Source: Octopus sinensis
Lineage: Eukaryota
Reading direction: 5' to 3'
NCBI RefSeq assembly: GCF_006345805.1
Contig: NC_043014.1
Location: 15,624,001 to 15,688,000, forward strand
DNA: 64,000 nucleotides
The translations under genes were made by a program, and so were the position numbers. This document shows positions 1 to 14,311 of the stretch, one piece after another. Position 1 is the stretch's first letter, and each line of letters opens with the position of its first letter. The notes beneath the pieces are model-generated. The model worked only from the letters and a program-made list of their open reading frames with translations, had not been told where the DNA came from and ran no database searches.

Positions 1-599
1 GAACCCGGAACCATGTGGTTGGTAAGCAAGCTACTTACCACACAGCCACTCCTATGTCTAAGTTTTGGATAGAAAAAGTTAACTTTTTCAATCCAAAACT
101 GTTTTTCAACCCAATATTGCTTTTATACTTCTATTTATAGCTTTATTTATGGCTTTACTTGCTTCAAGATCCTGTTCCCAAAAAGTATTACTTCATGTTC
201 TCTTGGAAGTTTATAAAAGTCTTATATAAATAAATATGTGTGTGTGTGTGTGTGTCCATGCAAAATTGATTTACAACCTATGTTGGTTTGTTTACATTCT
301 CATGATGTAGCAGTTTGGCAAAAGAAACTGGTAGAATAAAAGAAATAAAAAAACCCATAAGTGCTGGGGTCAATTTGTGTAACTAAAACCTTTCAAAGAG
401 GTGCTCCAGCATGGCCATAGTACAATGTCTGAAACAAGTAATAGATATTCCCTCACCACACACACACACAACCCCCTTCCCCCACCCAAAAGTTTGGACT
501 TGTAACTATGTTAGAAATCAAAGGTAACCTTAGCCAAATTTGAACTCAGGGCATAAAGTTCCAGAACTAAATATTCTATTCTACTCTTAGCACAATGCC

Positions 600-787
600 C
601 AAAAATTTTTGGAGAGGGGACCAGTCGATTAGATTGATGCCAGTACGCAACTGGTACTTGATTTATCAACCCTGAAACGATGAAAGGCAAAGTCGACCTC
701 AGCAGAATTTGAACTCACAACATAAACAGACGAAATACCGCTATGCATTTCGCTCGGCATGCTAACATTTCTGCTAGCTCACCGCTT
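600..787 (-). mobile_element. SINE family B copy (tRNA-like head, core gcctttcatcctttcggggtcgataaa)
   Basis: Reverse complement of the ggcggtgagctggcagaa...gttctgagttcaaattc...gcctttcatc consensus seen at more than 10 sites in the window. Confidence 0.8.
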
Positions 788-825
788 TTCCAGAACTAAA
801 TATTATGAAAGCATTTTAGCTTATA

Positions 826-1222
826 CCTTTTACTCGTTTCAGTCACTGGAGAGCAGTCATGCTGGAGCCTTTAAAGGTTTTATAGTTAGTTGAGCAAATT
901 GACCCCTAGAACTTATTTTTAAGCCAGGTACTTGTTTCTATTGGTCTCTTTTGCCGAACTGCTAAGTCATGAAAACGTAAACAAAGCAACACTGGTTATC
1001 AAGTAGTGGTAGAGGGACAAACACCAGCACAAAGACACAAACACACATGCACAAATAACGGGCTTCCACACAGTTTTCATCAACCAAATTTGCTCACAAC
1101 ATATTAGTCGACCTGAGGGCTACAGCAGAAGACACTTGCCCAAGGTGCTGCACAGCAGGGTTGAACCTGAAATCACGTGGCAGCAAAGTGAGCTTCTTAA
1201 CCACACAGCCATGCCTGCACCT
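826..1222 (-). mobile_element. SINE family A copy (tRNA-derived, about 400 bp, octopus-type)
   Basis: Matches the repeated cttttacttgtttcagtc...agaagacacttgcccaagg...ccacacagcc consensus. Confidence 0.8.
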
Positions 1223-2094
1223 ATATTTTGTTAAACTTTCCGACAAATCCACTGACACACCAACCTAATAAAAAGATGAATTACAAATACAAGATTTTTT
1301 TTTAGCAATAACAAAAGTATTTGGTATTACAAGGCAGTAAAGAAGAGTGTTTATGAGAGGGGAAAACACGATCCTTTATTTGAACAACCTATAGAATTAT
1401 GAAGGTGTTCTTTGATTTTATAGGTTAAGCTCTTGTAATCTTTAGAATAAAAGACACTTGCTAATTTAACTTATTCATTCTATTCCTCCCTTTGCCCTTA
1501 ATCTCCAGTTAACCATAAACTTTATTCAGTCATATTTTCTTTACAAGACTTGTTCCATTTCTTGATATTGTTTGCACACAATTCAACAACAACGATGACG
1601 ACAACGACTACAACAGTGATGTTAACAACAACAAATAAAGAAAAGTAAGTTAAATATATATATATAACAATATACAAGCACCTGTGCCAAGCAATATTCT
1701 TAATTTTAATAAGTTTAACCCATCCAAATAACCACCCACATAATCACCTAATAACCTAGTTGATGAAGGTGCCACCAGGCTGCCCTCAGAAGATCTCTCT
1801 CTCTCTCTTCCCTCTCTCCTTCTCTCTTTGTCTCTCTCTCTCTCTATCTCTATCCCTCTCTTCCCAATTGTTTGTATAGACCCTATGGCAATATATTCCT
1901 TCTACATGAATAAAGGAAGGTATAATAAAAATTTTGCGACAGTGGTCCCTCACCACACACACACACACACATACACAAACATACACATACAAACACACAC
2001 ATACATACACAGATATATGTAGATTACTTGTATGAGAGAAATCCAGTCAACCGAACTGGGTCAATATATCATTGATTTCCACTATTACTTTCAA

Positions 2095-2295
2095 ATATTG
2101 GTACAAGGCCAGCAGTTTTAAGGGAGGGGTTAAGTTAATTACAGCAACCCCAGTGTCCAACTGGTATTTATTTTATGAACCTCGAAAGGAAGAAAGGCAT
2201 AGCTGAGCTTGGCAGAATTTGAACTCAGAACGTAAAGATGGATGAAACGCCGCTAAGCATTTTGCCTGGTGTGCTAACGATTCTGCCAGCTCAGC
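2095..2295 (-). mobile_element. SINE family B copy
   Basis: ggtacaaggccagc...gaatttgaactcagaacgtaa...cattttgcctggtgtgctaacgattctgccagctca. Confidence 0.75.
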
Positions 2296-2609
2296 ACCTT
2301 GATTTCCAATATTGACTGAGACTAAGACCATATATTTTGTAGTGATTAAACCTCAGTATTTTACTGGTACTTCCTTCTATCAACCCAGTAAAGATGACAG
2401 ATAAAGATCTTTCTATTATGTTTCCATTCATATAAGGAACAGGTGTGGCTGTGTGGTTAAGAAACTTGCCATGCAACCATGTGGTGTTGGGTTCTGTATC
2501 ACTGCAAGACACCTAGGGCACAGTGCTTGTCTTCTGCTATAGCCCCAGGCTGATCAAAGCCTTGCAAGTGGATTTGGCTGATGGAAACGGTTTGCAAGCC
2601 TGTTGTAGA

Positions 2610-3060
2610 TCATCGTTTAACATCTGTTTTCCATGCTAGCATGGGTTGGACAGTTTGACCGGGGTCTGGGAAGCCAGGAGGCTGCACTAGGCTCCAGTCT
2701 GATCTGGTAGTGTTTCTACAGCTGGATGCCCTTCTTAACGCCAACCACTCCATGAGTGTAGTGGGTGGTTTTTACGAGCCACCGGCACAGGTGCCAGGGA
2801 AGGCTTGCAACGGCCACAATAGGTTGGTGCTTTTTATGTTCCACAAGCACAGAAGCCAGTCAAGGCGGCGCTGGCATCAGCCACATTTGGATGGTGCTTT
2901 TTACGTGCCACCGACACAGGTATCCAACAACAATTTCTATTTGATTTTTATTTGATGTTGATGTACTTGACTCAATAGGTCTCCTCAAGCACAGCAGGTC
3001 ACCCTACGATTCAAGGTAAGCACAGCAGGCCGTTCTGTGATCTAAGGTACTTTGGATGGG
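2610..3060 (-). mobile_element. Family C retroposon (RTE-tail type; ggaagggcatccagctgtagaaac core)
   Basis: tttccatgctagcatgggttggac...ctacagctggatgcccttc; same core recurs at about 10 sites. Confidence 0.75.
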
Positions 3061-3130
3061 CTGGGAATATATATAAAGTAAAAAGCAAAAGAGTCAAAAG
3101 GAAGAGTAAGTACGGTTAGGCAGCTTTTTA

Positions 3131-3252
3131 ATCGCTACAAATGTTTCAATACATACAGATCCTTGTATATACAGGATTTAAATTTGAGTTTAAATTAAAT
3201 TATTTAACAATTTACCTGAATAAGAAGATCTATATGTATCTCCTCAGGTGAT
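3131..3252 (-). ncRNA. Type-I hammerhead ribozyme-like motif with extended stem II, in a Penelope-like terminal fragment
   Basis: Minus strand: AUCAC-CUGAGGA-G-AUACAUAUAGAUCUU-[61 nt]-AGGAUCUGUAUGUAU-U-GAAAC-AUUU-GUA-GCGAU; core intact, stem I 4/5 pairs, stem II 15 bp. Confidence 0.6.
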
Positions 3253-3589
3253 ACTCAGTTGCTGTCTCTGTAAGTAAATTTAGATTTCCATGCTACAACA
3301 TCCATGGCTTCTTCTTTGAAACTAACAAATGCTGAGTTTCAATTCGCTCTGTATGAGTGTGTCATCACGTTCGACATCATGAGCAGCAATGTGCATGTTG
3401 TCTGTTTATTTATTCAGTTTCAACATGTTATTCTGCACATGCCAAACTGTACCATTATGCAAAATACATTCATCCATTAGTTCATACTTATACAATCACT
3501 TACACACCAATATATCCTGCATCACTGAATGTTTCCATACATACACACATACACACACACATTTTTTTTTCTTTGACCCCCTTCGGTCA

Positions 3590-3890
3590 GACACTGACCA
3601 TGGGTTTGCACCTAGAGAGTTATCCTCTGAGGCACAAGTCTGGGCAAGGTTGTTTTTTATGGAAGACCAGCAGTTGCCCATGCATACCGGCCTTCCCTCT
3701 CCACGTCACCGATGTTGTCCAAGGGAAAGGCAAGGGCTGATACAGCTTGGCACCTGTGATGTCGCAACTCATTTCTACAGCTGAGTGAACTGGAGCAACT
3801 TGAAATAAAGTGTCTTGCTCAAGAACACAACACGCAGCTCACAACCTCACGATCGTAAGCTCGACGCTCTAACCACTGAGCCACATGCCT
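3590..3890 (-). mobile_element. SINE family D-like copy (tRNA head)
   Basis: tgaactggagcaac...gtgtcttgctcaagaacacaac...ctaaccactgagccac. Confidence 0.65.
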
Positions 3891-4099
3891 TCACATGCAA
3901 ACACATACACATATACATGCATATATATAAAAATATATGTACATATATTCAGATGCACACACGCATATATATACTCACCTCCATATCAATAAACACATTC
4001 ACATCTATACATAGACACTTATACATTTATCTACTCATTTCCATGTACATAGTTATACCTACATAGTTATATCACTGAACGCTCCATAATAAATACCCC

Positions 4100-4990
4100 T
4101 ATACATATGTGAAGGCGGTAAAAAATGGGTTTAGCAAGATAGAATAACAATAATTATAATTTATACACTGTTCCATCTAGAAAATGCATATTTGGCACGG
4201 TGGTTACATCTTGGAATTTTCCCATCATATTTATTCACTAGATTTTCATTACTCAGTAGAACACTCAGTGCTTCCTCAAGGCAAAGGTCACATTTGCCAG
4301 ATAGTGAAGTACATGGATGTGCGTTTTTTTTATTTTTGACCATTCTATTTGGTATTTAATTTCTGATTCTTTCAGTCCCCATATGAGATCTGCCAGCAAG
4401 GTCGTGTGTCGTCTACTTATTTTTCAGAATGATGAGATGTGGTTTCGATTACGGACTTTGAATTGGTTTTCAGTGGCACCAATGTACACATAATTATGTT
4501 GAGATGTGTAGATTATGCATTTATATACTATGTTTTTTTGAGCACATTGGTTCAGGAGCGGACATGCAGATTTTCTATGGCAAGTGCAGTTAATTGTATT
4601 CTTATATTTATCTGGCGGCTTTTTGATTCTGTTTTCATGATGTTCTGTTTGATTTCTAGTATCTGAGCCTTTGTTTAATTGGTAATCTGTTTTGTTGGAT
4701 CTTTTTGGATGATATATTTAATCTATATTGTCACTGTCTTTTACGCTATCTGAGATTTTGCAGTTTATCTGTTGTTTATTTTGGTTGTTTGTGTGTTCAA
4801 TTTCTGATTGTTGTATTTGTATATGTAGTACTCCATGTTGTAAGATGTTGCATACGATATTTTCACTGTGTGTTTGTTGAATAAACGGTAGTATTTATGT
4901 GTTTTAGGAAAGCATCTATTTAATGCTGCAATGAATTGCTTACCAATCTTGGATGATATTTGGAGTCCAAAAATTGGATTATACCAATAT
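4100..4990 (-). mobile_element. Decayed Penelope-like element (Neptune-type), linker plus GIY-YIG endonuclease
   Basis: Minus-strand translation gives WYNPIFGLQISSKIGKQFIAALNRCFPKTHKYYRLFNKHTVKISY, then CTCHRKSACPLLNQCAQKNIVYKC...YVYIGATENQFKVRNRNHISSF*, then GKCDLCLEEALSVL...LVNKYDGKIPRCNHRAKY; these are characteristic PLE motifs, with stops. Confidence 0.85.
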
Positions 4991-4996
4991 ATATAT

Positions 4997-5074
<78 letters not shown>

Positions 5075-5220
5075 GGAGAGAGAGAGAGAGAGAGATAGAT
5101 CTATATAATACAAATAAGAAAATGGAGAAAACAATTTAGTTGGTTTATCAGCTTTAGGATATTAGAATGTTGAATTATTTATTTAACAAAACGAGAACCA
5201 TAATAACATACCTATATACA

Positions 5221-5257
<37 letters not shown>

Positions 5258-6367
5258 TATATATATATATATTATATATATGTATGTATGTATGTATATA
5301 TAGACTCATGAGCATCTTCTTAGTCATAAAATGAGACAGATGAGTGACAACCTGGCCACGTGGTGGGTGGTGTAACACACCATACTAATCATATCTGTGG
5401 GAATGTGGAAGAGAGTGTAATCGGCAGGAGGAGGACTTAACACGACATGCAAAGGTACATGAAGCCCAGTTACAACTACAGCAGCTATGCCAGTAGGTAA
5501 AGGTTTTAGTTGCCAATTTTGTACAAGACATTGTAGATCTTTAGCTGGGCAAAAAGTCACATTCGATCACAGCACCAGTAACAGTTAAGCTTCGTGCAAT
5601 GGCCATACTCGATAATGAGGGGGCAGCCATAATATATATATGCATGCATACATACATACATACATACATACATACATACATACATACATACATACATACA
5701 TTACATACATACATAATATATATATATATATATTATCTCTCCCTCTCACTCACTCACTCTCTCTCTCTCTCTCTCTCACTCACTCTCTCTCTCTCTCTCT
5801 CTCTGGAGCCTGGTGCAGCCTTCTGGCTTCCCAGAACCCCGGTCGAACCGTCCAACCCATGCTAGCATGGAGAACGGACGTTAAACGACGATGATGATGA
5901 CGATGATATTATATATATATAATATATAATATTATATATATAATGAAGTTTTCCTATATTGTCATTGAAAGCTTGAAATAGTGAGTAATTAACAATCAAC
6001 AACTGAGAAGGGGTTACACTTGTGGTATTTTGTCCTGTACTTGTCTCCCATTATGTATTTATGTATTTTTCACTTGCTGGTGATGTCCTGTACTTGATGT
6101 ATTTTATATTTATATATAGATGTATATAAGCTTCCTTCAGTTACTGTCTACCATATTCACTCAAAATGAAAAAAAAAGTAATAAATAAAACAAAAATATT
6201 GTTGTTGTTTAGCATCAGGCTATCCTTGATTGAGCATAACTCTGATCAAAAGTGTTTCACACATGACCATCACATCTTTTCTTAAGTCATCTGAGACTTC
6301 ACTGACTAAAATAGGACTTCCTTATTTAAGACAGTAGGGAGATGTGGCTGTTATTTCTAGCATAAAC

Positions 6368-6400
<33 letters not shown>

Positions 6401-6401
6401 C

Positions 6402-6854
6402 AATTGTCACTAATTGTAACTGATGGGGCAGGGTAGCACCTGCATTGCTAGAAATAAGAACTAAAACACTTTAGGGCTGCAAAGAAGCACATGTCTATGT
6501 ACTGACAAGGGAGATAGCCATCCCACAGTAAGCGAGGTCATCATACTAGTCCAGTTTTGTTTTCAATTAAACACCTTCATTACTTTATGGTTTTCACATT
6601 ACCATTTTGCTGAATCATCATAAGGTAAATACCGTATACTGACAGTTGGGATTTAGCCAAACTATCCAGCGATGAAGTAATCACCACTGATGAGTTTTTA
6701 ATTCAAAGCAAAACTAGACTAGTATGTTTATCTTGCTTGCTGTGGTGCATAGATATGTAGTTCTTTGTAGCCCTAAGGGTTTTTACCTTTTATAGCTATT
6801 ATTTCTAGCAACGTAGGTGCTGCCCTGCACCGTCAGTCACAATTAGTGATGATT
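6402..6854. mobile_element. Foldback / MITE-like palindromic element
   Basis: Imperfect inverted arms of about 190 bp (aattgtcactaattgtaactgatgg... versus ...ccgtcagtcacaattagtgatgatt). Confidence 0.6.
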
Positions 6855-6922
6855 GAATTTTTCCTTTTCGGTTTTATATTGCTTATAGCCACCTTTGTTG
6901 TTGTTGTTGTTGTTGTTATTAT

Positions 6923-7350
6923 CTCTTTACTCTCTTTTACTCTTTTACTTGTTTCAGTCATTTGACTGCGGCCATGCTGGAGCACCGCCTTTAGTCGAGC
7001 AAATCAACCCCAGGACTTATTCTTTGTAAGCCCAGTACTTATTCTATCGGTCTCTTTTGCCAAACCGCTAAGTGACGGGGACGTAAACACACCAGCATCG
7101 GTTGTCAAGCAATGCTAGAGGGACAATCACAGACACACAAACATATACACACACATACATATATATATATATGTACATATATATACAACAGGCTTCTTTC
7201 AGTTTCCGTCTACCAAATCCACTCACAAGGCTTTGGTTGGGCCTGAGGCTATAGCAGAAGACACTTGCCCAAGATGCCACACAGTGGGACTGAACCCGAA
7301 GGCATGTGGTTGGTTAGCAAGCTACTTACCACACAGCCACTCCTGTGCCT
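6923..7350 (-). mobile_element. SINE family A copy, full length
   Basis: Tail ctcttttacttgtttcagtc to head ccacacagccactcctgtgcct; minus-strand head carries A-box/B-box-like tggtaag / ggttcagtccc. Confidence 0.9.
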
Positions 7351-7381
7351 ATTATCATTATTATTATCATTATTATTATTA

Positions 7382-7436
<55 letters not shown>

Positions 7437-7440
7437 ATAT

Positions 7441-7833
7441 TCTTTTATTCTTTTATTTGTTTCAGCCATTTGACTGCAGCCATGCTGGAGCACTGCCTTT
7501 AGTCAAACAAATCGACCCCAGGACTTATTCTGTGTAAGCCTGGTACTTATTATATCTGTCTCTTTTTGCTGAACTGCTAAGTTACGGGGACGTGAACACA
7601 CCAACATCAGTTGTCAAGTGATGGTGGGGGGGGACAACACAGACACATACACACAAACACACACACATACTACAGGCTTCTTTCAGTTTCTGTCTACCAA
7701 ATCCACTCACAAGGCTTTGGTCAGCCCGAGGCTATAGTTGAAGACACTTGACTAAAGTGCCACACAGTGGGACTGAACCCTGAACCATGTGGTTGGTAAG
7801 CAAGCTATTTACCACACAGCCACTCCTGTGCCT
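7441..7833 (-). mobile_element. SINE family A copy, full length
   Basis: Same consensus, adjacent to the previous copy across a (TAT)n tract. Confidence 0.9.
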
Positions 7834-7838
7834 ATACG

Positions 7839-7872
<34 letters not shown>

Positions 7873-8316
7873 TGATGACACAATCCAAAAATCAATATGA
7901 AGATCTTTGAGTCACAAATGATGTGATACAGAAGAATGACACCTCTGATGTGTTATGTTGGATGAATGGATTGTTGCTGGATTATGCTACCTTGTCTTCA
8001 GACCTCAACTGCTAGTGGAATCATAAGGGTGCTGGGAAGGAGCCCCATAACTCTCCTGGCCTGATGACTATAGCCATCTAAGGGAGGAGGAAGAGGAAGA
8101 AGAAAGAGAAGGAGAGTGGGGAGAGAGAGAGGCAGGCAAATAGACAGAGAAATGATCCTTGGTACTGGGCTGGTATTTTATTTATCAAAACCATAAAGAA
8201 GAAATGCATAGTCAACCTCAGTGGAGTTTGAACTCAAAGTGTTGAGAGTTGGATCAAGGGTTGCATTAACAATTCTGTCAGTTGCAGCCTTATTTCTTAT
8301 ATTAGTTGTCATATCA

Positions 8317-8792
8317 GGACAGTTACTCTGCTAGAACAATTACCCCCACCCCGGGACCCCTTCTCCCCGACGACAGCTACCCCCCCCCACGATAATTACC
8401 CCCTCCCACTGGTTAAATACTCCCTCTCCAATATATTAAGAAATTTTAAATCATCCTCAGTGGAGACACATGGCCTAGTGGTTAGAGCAGTGGACTTGCG
8501 ATCGAGGAATCGCGGGTTCAAATCTCAGACTGGGCGATGTGTGTGTTTATCAGCGGAACACCTAAGCTCCACACGGCTCCAGCAGAAGGTAATGGCAAAC
8601 TTCTGCTGACTCTTTCACCACAACTTTCTCTCACTCTTTCCTCCTGCATCTTGCAGGTCATCTGCAATGAACTGGCGTACCATCCAGGTGGGGAACCTAT
8701 ACTCCAAGGAAACCGGCCCTAATGAGCCAGGCGTGACTCGAGAAGGAACAAACATCCTCAGGGGTAATTTTTCCATAAGGGGGTAAATGTCC
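8317..8792. mobile_element. MITE-like element interrupted by a SINE
   Basis: ggacagttact...acaattaccccc at left and gggggtaaatgtcc at right form degenerate terminal inverted repeats. Confidence 0.45.
8461..8752 (+). mobile_element. SINE family D copy with 9-bp target-site duplication
   Basis: tRNA-like head tggcctagtggttagagc...gggttcaaatc; catcctcag duplicated at 8452-8460 and 8753-8761. Confidence 0.85.
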
Positions 8793-9589
8793 AAGACTCA
8801 TTAGTTGTTGTAGTTGCAATTGTTTAGCTTGTAATTAAGCATAAGTGACGGACCTACACAGGAAGATGTTCCAGACGTGATCACTTCAACTTTCGTGGGG
8901 CGGGGGAGAAGAAGCCCCCGAAAAAAGTGTTACCCGAGACAATAAAGGAGTTACGCTGGAAATAGCAGCCAAATCTCCCTCAAATTATACCCTAACATCT
9001 TACAAAAAAAAATGTTAGATCATATGAACCAGAGTTCTTTACACATTCGGGGACCATGGGACAGTCACAGTGTAGTACAATTTAGCTACTATTTCTAGCT
9101 GACCAAGCGACTTAGTATAAGCGCTTTTGATGTTATTCGGTAATTAAAAGAAGGGTCGTTGTCTAATAGACAAACCAAAAGGCTCTAATTATCAATTGTA
9201 TAGGAACCAATTATTTTATCAGACCATACAACACACATTTTCCAAGCTAAGTCAGTTGCAATAAGTAATATTCAATGATAAGCTTCTAAGAAAACAAAAC
9301 TATTAACAAACTAAGTCAAAACAGCTGAGTTCATGAAGTAATTTCTCTATTCTAATTGCCAATAAATTGTACAACAAAATGATGTAAGGGAGACAACTCT
9401 TAGAGACTTTATAGTATCAAAAATATCTGATGTCAGCATATTGTCGTTCTATTTAGGCCAATAAATTGAAAAATGAGCAAAATGCTGTGAAGTCCATTTG
9501 AAGATATTAATCAATATTATTAGCGCCTCTACACAATCGACCGACCTGCTAGAAATAGATACCACATTCAAACTACACCTTCATCATTA

Positions 9590-9965
9590 TCTTCTACTTG
9601 CTTTGGTAATTGAACAACGGCCATCCTGGGGCAGTGCCTTGAAATATTTTAGTCGAGCAAATCGACGCCAGTAGTTACTTTTCAAAAAGTTTGATATTTA
9701 TTCTATCGGTTCTCTTTTGTCGAACCACTAGGTTACGGAGACGCAACCGAACCAACACCTGTTGTCATGCGATAGGGGTGATTGAGGATAATACACACGC
9801 GCATCTTCACACACACACAGCGGGATTCCACACAGTTTCCGTTTACCAAATTCACTTAAGACACATTGGTTGGCCTGGACTTATAGAAGACACTTGCCCA
9901 TAGAGCTGCACTGTGGGACTGAACTCGGAACCACGTGGCTGCACAGCGAACTTCTTAAACACAGC
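9590..9965 (-). mobile_element. SINE family A copy, diverged
   Basis: tagtcgagcaaatcgac...gaagacacttgccca...cttcttaaacacagc. Confidence 0.7.
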
Positions 9966-9970
9966 TTGGG

Positions 9971-10012
<42 letters not shown>

Positions 10013-10080
10013 TAAAAAAATGGTAACTATTTATTTATTTTTTCCAGGTTAATTGTTAACAAGGGTAAAATACACTCATC

Positions 10081-10115
<35 letters not shown>

Positions 10116-10124
10116 ATTCAAACA

Positions 10125-10310
10125 AGAAAGCACAAAAAAAAAACAACAACAACGCGAGGACGTGGAACAAATATAGGATATTGGACGCTCAGGAAGCAGG
10201 AGGTTTAACGTTCGAGCGGAGCTCTTCGTCGGAAACATAGGAGAAGGAAAGATCCAGAGAAGGGAAGACAGAGGGAAAAAAAATCGCCAACGGTACACAC
10301 GCGGTCACAA
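10125..10310 (-). mobile_element. Penelope-like terminal fragment with degenerate minimal hammerhead (10203-10236)
   Basis: Minus: GUUU-CCGACGA-A-GAGC-UCC-GCUC-GAAC-GUU-AAAC; same family as 62483-62697. Confidence 0.6.
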
Positions 10311-10424
10311 TATATATATATATAGTATATAGTATATAAGTATACTATCCACTCCAAGTATGAAGAAGAGAGAGGATGAGGCCAATATATATAATTATAT
10401 ATATATATATATATACATACATAT

Positions 10425-10456
<32 letters not shown>

Positions 10457-10609
10457 GATATATATAATATATATACACACACATATATATATATATATAT
10501 GTATATATTATATATATATATATATTATATATATACACATATATATATGATAGATATACAACATATATATAGATACAGATATATATATATATAATATACA
10601 TACATATAT

Positions 10610-10966
10610 GTCTGGCACCTGTGTGTGGGTGGCACATAAAAAACACCATCCGAGCGTGGCCGTCTGCCAGCCTCGTCTGGCACCTGTGTCGGGGCACACA
10701 TAAAATCACCCACTACACTCTCGGAGAGTGGTTGGCGTTAGGAAGGCATCCAGCTGTAGAAACACGCCAGATCTGACTGGACTGGTGCAGCTTTCGGGCT
10801 CCCCAGACCCCAGTTTTGAACCGTCCAACCCATGCTAGCATGGAAAGCGGACGTTAATGATGATGGATGATGATGATGATGATACATATATATATATATA
10901 TAAATATACATACATATATATATATATATATACATAACATACATATAGTATATATATATATATTAT

Positions 10967-11012
<46 letters not shown>

Positions 11013-11079
11013 GATATACACATATATATATATATATACATATTATATATATATACACACATATATATATAATATATAT

Positions 11080-11119
<40 letters not shown>

Positions 11120-11660
11120 TATAATATATATATACATATGGTACCAGTGCCGGTGGCACACACTTTGGCTTTGCCGCAGTTGCCAGTGCCGTGGCACACA
11201 AGAGAACCATCCGAACGTGGCCATAGCCAGTTCCGCATCGACCGGCCTCCGTGCTGTGGGCACGTAACAAACACCATCCGATCATGGCCGTTCGCCAGCC
11301 TCATCTGGCACCTGTGTCGGTGGCACATAAAAAAACCTCCGAAGACCCGGCACAAGGATAGTCAGTCCACCTGTGCATACCTTCCTTCTTGTGACACTTG
11401 TGAAGACCCGTTGAGGCAAGTGAAATCAATCAAATCAAATCAAAAAGATGAACATCAATGGAATTTGTATCTTTGTGGTACCAGTGCCTGTGGCCACAAG
11501 AAATCCATCCGAACATGGCCGTAGTCAGTACCGCATCGACTTGGCCATGTGCTGGGGGCACATAACAAACACCATCCGATCGTGGCCGTTCGCCGCCTCA
11601 TCTCTAGCACCTGTGTCGGTGGCACATAAAAACACCATCCGAAGACCCGGCAAGACAGAC
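10610..11660 (+). mobile_element. Cluster of family C fragments interleaved with (TA)n
   Basis: Repeated ggcacataaaaacaccatccga...tggccgttcgccagcctc...ggcacctgtg modules; one tail ends in (GAT)n at about 10880. Confidence 0.7.
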
Positions 11661-11725
11661 ATATATATGTTTGTATATATATATATATGTTGTATATATA
11701 TATATATCATAGATATATATGGGTG

Positions 11726-11758
<33 letters not shown>

Positions 11759-12059
11759 TAATATATATATATGTGTGTGTATATATATATATATATGTGT
11801 GTATATTATATTATATATATGTGGGTGTGTGTAGATATATATATTATATATATATATATAGATAGATTATATGTGGTATATAGATATAGAGTATATAATA
11901 TATAGAATGGTATATATAGATACACATATATATATTATGTACAATATATATATATATGATATACACACACATATAGATATATATATAGATATATACACAT
12001 GATATGCGATATATAGTATATATATATATATACACATATATATATTATACACATATATA

Positions 12060-12090
<31 letters not shown>

Positions 12091-12222
12091 GATTATAGAT
12101 ATATACACAACATTCTATATATACATTATATATATATATATATATATATTATATACACATATATATATATATAATAGGATATATATTACACACACATATA
12201 TATATATGATATATATATATAT

Positions 12223-12297
<75 letters not shown>

Positions 12298-12550
12298 CAC
12301 ACACATATATATATATATATATACACATATATATATAGATATATATATATATATATACAACATATATATATATATATTATATAATACACTATATATATAG
12401 ATTACACACACATATATATATAGATATACAATATATATAGATGATATATATATATACACATATATATATATATATATATATATAACACACTATATATATA
12501 ATATAACACATATATATATATATATATACACATATATATATATATAACAC

Positions 12551-12583
<33 letters not shown>

Positions 12584-12654
12584 TATAGATATATATATAC
12601 ACATATATATATATATATATACACATAGATATATATATATATATATATATACAC

Positions 12655-12696
<42 letters not shown>

Positions 12697-12767
12697 TATA
12701 CACACACATTATATGATATATATATATACACATATATATATTATATATATATATATTATATATATAC

Positions 12768-12855
<88 letters not shown>

Positions 12856-13058
12856 CACATATATATATATATATATATACACACACATATATATATATAT
12901 ATAGATATATATACAACATATATATATATATACACACATATATATATATATATATACACACACATATATATATATATATAGATATATATATATATATACA
13001 CATATATATATATACACATAGATATATATATAATAGTACACATTATATATATACACAC

Positions 13059-13089
<31 letters not shown>

Positions 13090-13148
13090 TATATATATAT
13101 ACACACTATATCTATTATATATATATATACACATATAATATATATAGA

Positions 13149-13195
<47 letters not shown>

Positions 13196-13263
13196 TATAT
13201 ATACACACATATATATATATATATACAACATATATATAATAGATTTACACATATATATATATA

Positions 13264-13294
<31 letters not shown>

Positions 13295-13354
13295 CATATA
13301 TATAGATATTTATATATACATATATATATATATATGTATATATATTAGATATAC

Positions 13355-13387
<33 letters not shown>

Positions 13388-13578
13388 TATATATATAATG
13401 TATATATATATATATACACAATATATATAGGTAGTATATATATATATACACATATATATATATATATACACATATATATATATATATAGATATATACATA
13501 TATATATAATATATATATATATATTAGAACATCATATATATATATTATCTATAACATATATACACATATATATATATA

Positions 13579-13615
<37 letters not shown>

Positions 13616-13696
13616 AATATATACACATATATATATATATATATACACCTAATATATAATATATATACACACATTATAATTTATATATATATATAC

Positions 13697-13785
<89 letters not shown>

Positions 13786-13828
13786 CACATATATTATATA
13801 TATATATATATACACAATATTATATAAT

Positions 13829-13921
<93 letters not shown>

Positions 13922-13977
13922 TTATAATATACACCACATATATATATATATATAATACACATATATTATATATATAT

Positions 13978-14031
<54 letters not shown>

Positions 14032-14169
14032 TAGATATATACACATATATATATATATATCATATATATATAATACACATATATAGTATATATATATTAT
14101 ATATATACCATATATATATATATATATATTATATACACACACACACAAATATATTATATAATATACACG

Positions 14170-14201
<32 letters not shown>

Positions 14202-14222
14202 CACACATATTATATATATATA

Positions 14223-14311
<89 letters not shown>

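Noticed and set aside
8461-8540. tRNA gene-like sequence (also at the heads of SINE families A, B and D)
   Set aside because: A- and B-box-like motifs run into SINE bodies with TSDs; no complete cloverleaf.
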